Shown: piece by piece, positions 61,944-64,000 of the stretch
Layout: each line of letters starts with the position of its first letter
Numbering within the stretch: the first letter of the stretch is position 1
From: Oculina patagonica
Taxonomy: Eukaryota
Assembly: GCF_052425735.1 (NCBI RefSeq)
Contig: NC_135768.1
Location: forward strand, 6,758,001 to 6,822,000
DNA: 64,000 bases
Direction: 5' to 3'
Position numbers and translations under genes: made by a program
The notes under the pieces: model-generated
Database searches by the model: none
The model's input: the letters and a program-made list of their open reading frames with translations, nothing else
Told to the model about the DNA's origin: nothing

Positions 61944-62882
61944 TTAAAGGTGACTTTGCTGAAGAAACTTCTTGCTTTCGTACAGTTTTGCTGGTTTAGA
62001 CAGATTTTCATCTACTTCCAACAGCAGTTGTTCCTCCAGCACCCTTCTTCCGTGGCTCGTCAAACTTGTGTCGTGAAAAGAACCGAAAATAAAATCGCCT
62101 TTGATAACTTCACAGGCTCGCTTCAATTGATGCAAAAGATGAGCTTCATACAGAACTGGATCATTGGTGTAAACAGTCATAGTCCAATGAACATATTTAA
62201 CTCTTGGTGACAGTACACCAAAGCTGACCGATCTTGGGACGCTACCATCGCTACATTTCTCGACAGCGAAGTAGAAATCGTGTTCTTGTTGCATGTAATC
62301 GATATTTGATCCTAGAGGCTCGATTGGAAAATTATCCAAGATGATGACATTGTCTGGGAACAACGTCTGCGCCACAGGCCGAGAGAAAATGACATCGCAA
62401 AGATATTGTTTAGTGCAAGCTTCAATCTGAATGGAATTGTTAATTGCAGAAAACCGATGCGAGTTAAAAGTCTTCTTTTCAACATAACATCGTAGAATAT
62501 CCAACTGCACAAGTTTCGTTTGAGACGGATAACTTCCTAGTCGAGGTGTGAATCGCTCTCGATTTGCTTTCGGGTAGCGTCTACGTATCATCTCATACAT
62601 GGCTTGCAGTAGGCTCTTAGAAACACCTCGACCGCGAAACTCCGGTAAAGTACGCCCTGCTCGACGGATTACTGTTCTTCCGTCGTCGACAATAGAACAT
62701 GCAGCCAAACCCACGAGTTTCTCGCCAAAATAAGCAAGCATAACATCCATCTTGTCCATCTTCATCCACGCATGATATCTAAATGGAAGATAGTCGTCTC
62801 CTTCGTACATCCCTTCTGACAATTTCAGGATCTCGTCGAAGTCATTCGGTGTAGCGAGGCGAATTGTAAGCTCCAGGTTCAT
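61944..62882 (-). CDS. NAT16/HISAT-like GNAT, copy 10 (duplicate of copy 3)
   Basis: 312 aa; very similar to 35406-36347, including the flanks. Confidence 0.88.
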   Translation of the reverse strand: MNLELTIRLATPNDFDEILKLSEGMYEGDDYLPFRYHAWMKMDKMDVMLAYFGEKLVGLAACSIVDDGRTVIRRAGRTLPEFRGRGVSKSLLQAMYEMIRRRYPKANRERFTPRLGSYPSQTKLVQLDILRCYVEKKTFNSHRFSAINNSIQIEACTKQYLCDVIFSRPVAQTLFPDNVIILDNFPIEPLGSNIDYMQQEHDFYFAVEKCSDGSVPRSVSFGVLSPRVKYVHWTMTVYTNDPVLYEAHLLHQLKRACEVIKGDFIFGSFHDTSLTSHGRRVLEEQLLLEVDENLSKPAKLYESKKFLQQSHL

Positions 62883-63429
62883 CGTAAAATGTTCTCGTCT
62901 CGACTTTTCAATTTTTCTTTCTCATCAAAACAGTCCTTGCTTGGATTTATAGCCTCCTACGCTGACATTCTTTGGGCTCGTCACGCGTTTCGTGACGAGC
63001 CCAAAGAACGTCTGTGATCATGAAGGAGCGCTGGCTACGCTTGGATGGATTTCGTGTGTACTGGTGTGACAAGATTATTGTCCGCCCGATAGAGTCATTC
63101 GTCACGCTCGTGTCTAGCTTTTTGTGCAGTTAGCTCGTAAACGCTGCTCTTACGCGACAATCCTGAGATATCATTCGACTGATCCACACATTGGAGTTTA
63201 AGACAGTTTTAAGGAAGCACGTCGAGTAAAAGTTAAGATGTACTTTATTCCATTATTCTATGTCTCGCCTGAAAGGTTATGTCCTTAGTTCACTCTAAAG
63301 CCATGAGATACGTTCTCTATGTAGACGTATTTGCGAGAAAATAAGAGTGACAAACACGAGAATGAAGTACTGCAACTTTATAACTCAAAAAGTAAACGAG
63401 GAAATGCTGACAAGGCTTGATAACGGCTA

Positions 63430-63708
63430 CAATCTTGGACAAAACTAGTTGACACATACGCATTTCACGCATTTTTCGCAAATGACTCGACTTGCAAGCG
63501 GGTTAAAATATCTTATCCCGCTCCCCCCCCTCCCCCCCCCCCCCTACTCAATGTTGTTTCTTGTGGTTTGCGGCTCGACAGGCTTTGTTTTAAAAACGCT
63601 AAAGCATAACCAACATTGAAATGGGGGGAAGGGGGGTTGGAAAACTGAACTCCGTTGGCTAAATAAGTGGAAATTTGCTAAGTGTTTCAACAGTTTTGTC
63701 CAAGATTG
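63430..63708. mobile_element. TA-flanked MITE
   Basis: TA|caatcttggacaaaact...agttttgtccaagattg|TA. Absent from the paralogous site near 37035. Confidence 0.85.
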
Positions 63709-64000
63709 TAGAAGAAGACCTCTGCTCGCTCGCTCGACTGAGCCCATGTTCTCTGTCACGTGACAATGTTTATGAGTCCCATAAGGGACGGACCATTAGA
63801 AAAGTGATAGGGGGGGGGGGTGGGGGATTTTCGGCTTGCACGAATTTTTTTTTACGCCCATTGCTTCTGCAGGAATTTTTTTTGCGGGTGTAACCCTCTG
63901 CTCGATTTTTTTTTCAGACAAATGTTTGATTTTTTTAGAGAAATACTAGTTTTTTTTTTTAGACCTGATACCATTAATTTTTACTTTATATCAAGCTTTT

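Overview
Eukaryotic, intron- and transposon-rich DNA. The repeat content (Crypton, Academ-type, hAT5-like, Penelope, tRNA-SINE) resembles cnidarian, probably stony-coral, DNA; this is an inference. Positions 574-18664 hold the 3' part (16 exons) of the amino-acid-starvation kinase GCN2/EIF2AK4 on +. Next come an intronless BTB-BACK-Kelch pseudogene and a decayed Mag-type Gypsy element arranged inside-out around a 78-bp double-hairpin satellite. From 30 to 63 kb is an array of ten single-exon NAT16/histidine N-acetyltransferase (HISAT)-like GNAT copies: 7 intact, 1 frameshifted, 2 truncated. One intact class I SAM methyltransferase and one remnant sit inside the array. The minus-strand GNAT copies share an upstream CRE/ATF-type motif. 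Many non-autonomous DNA transposons have readable TIRs and TSDs, several with empty sites in paralogous units. There is one assembly gap at 43214-43421. The main candidates for something new are (1) the GNAT plus methyltransferase cluster beside GCN2 and (2) the permuted LTR-satellite-LTR block.
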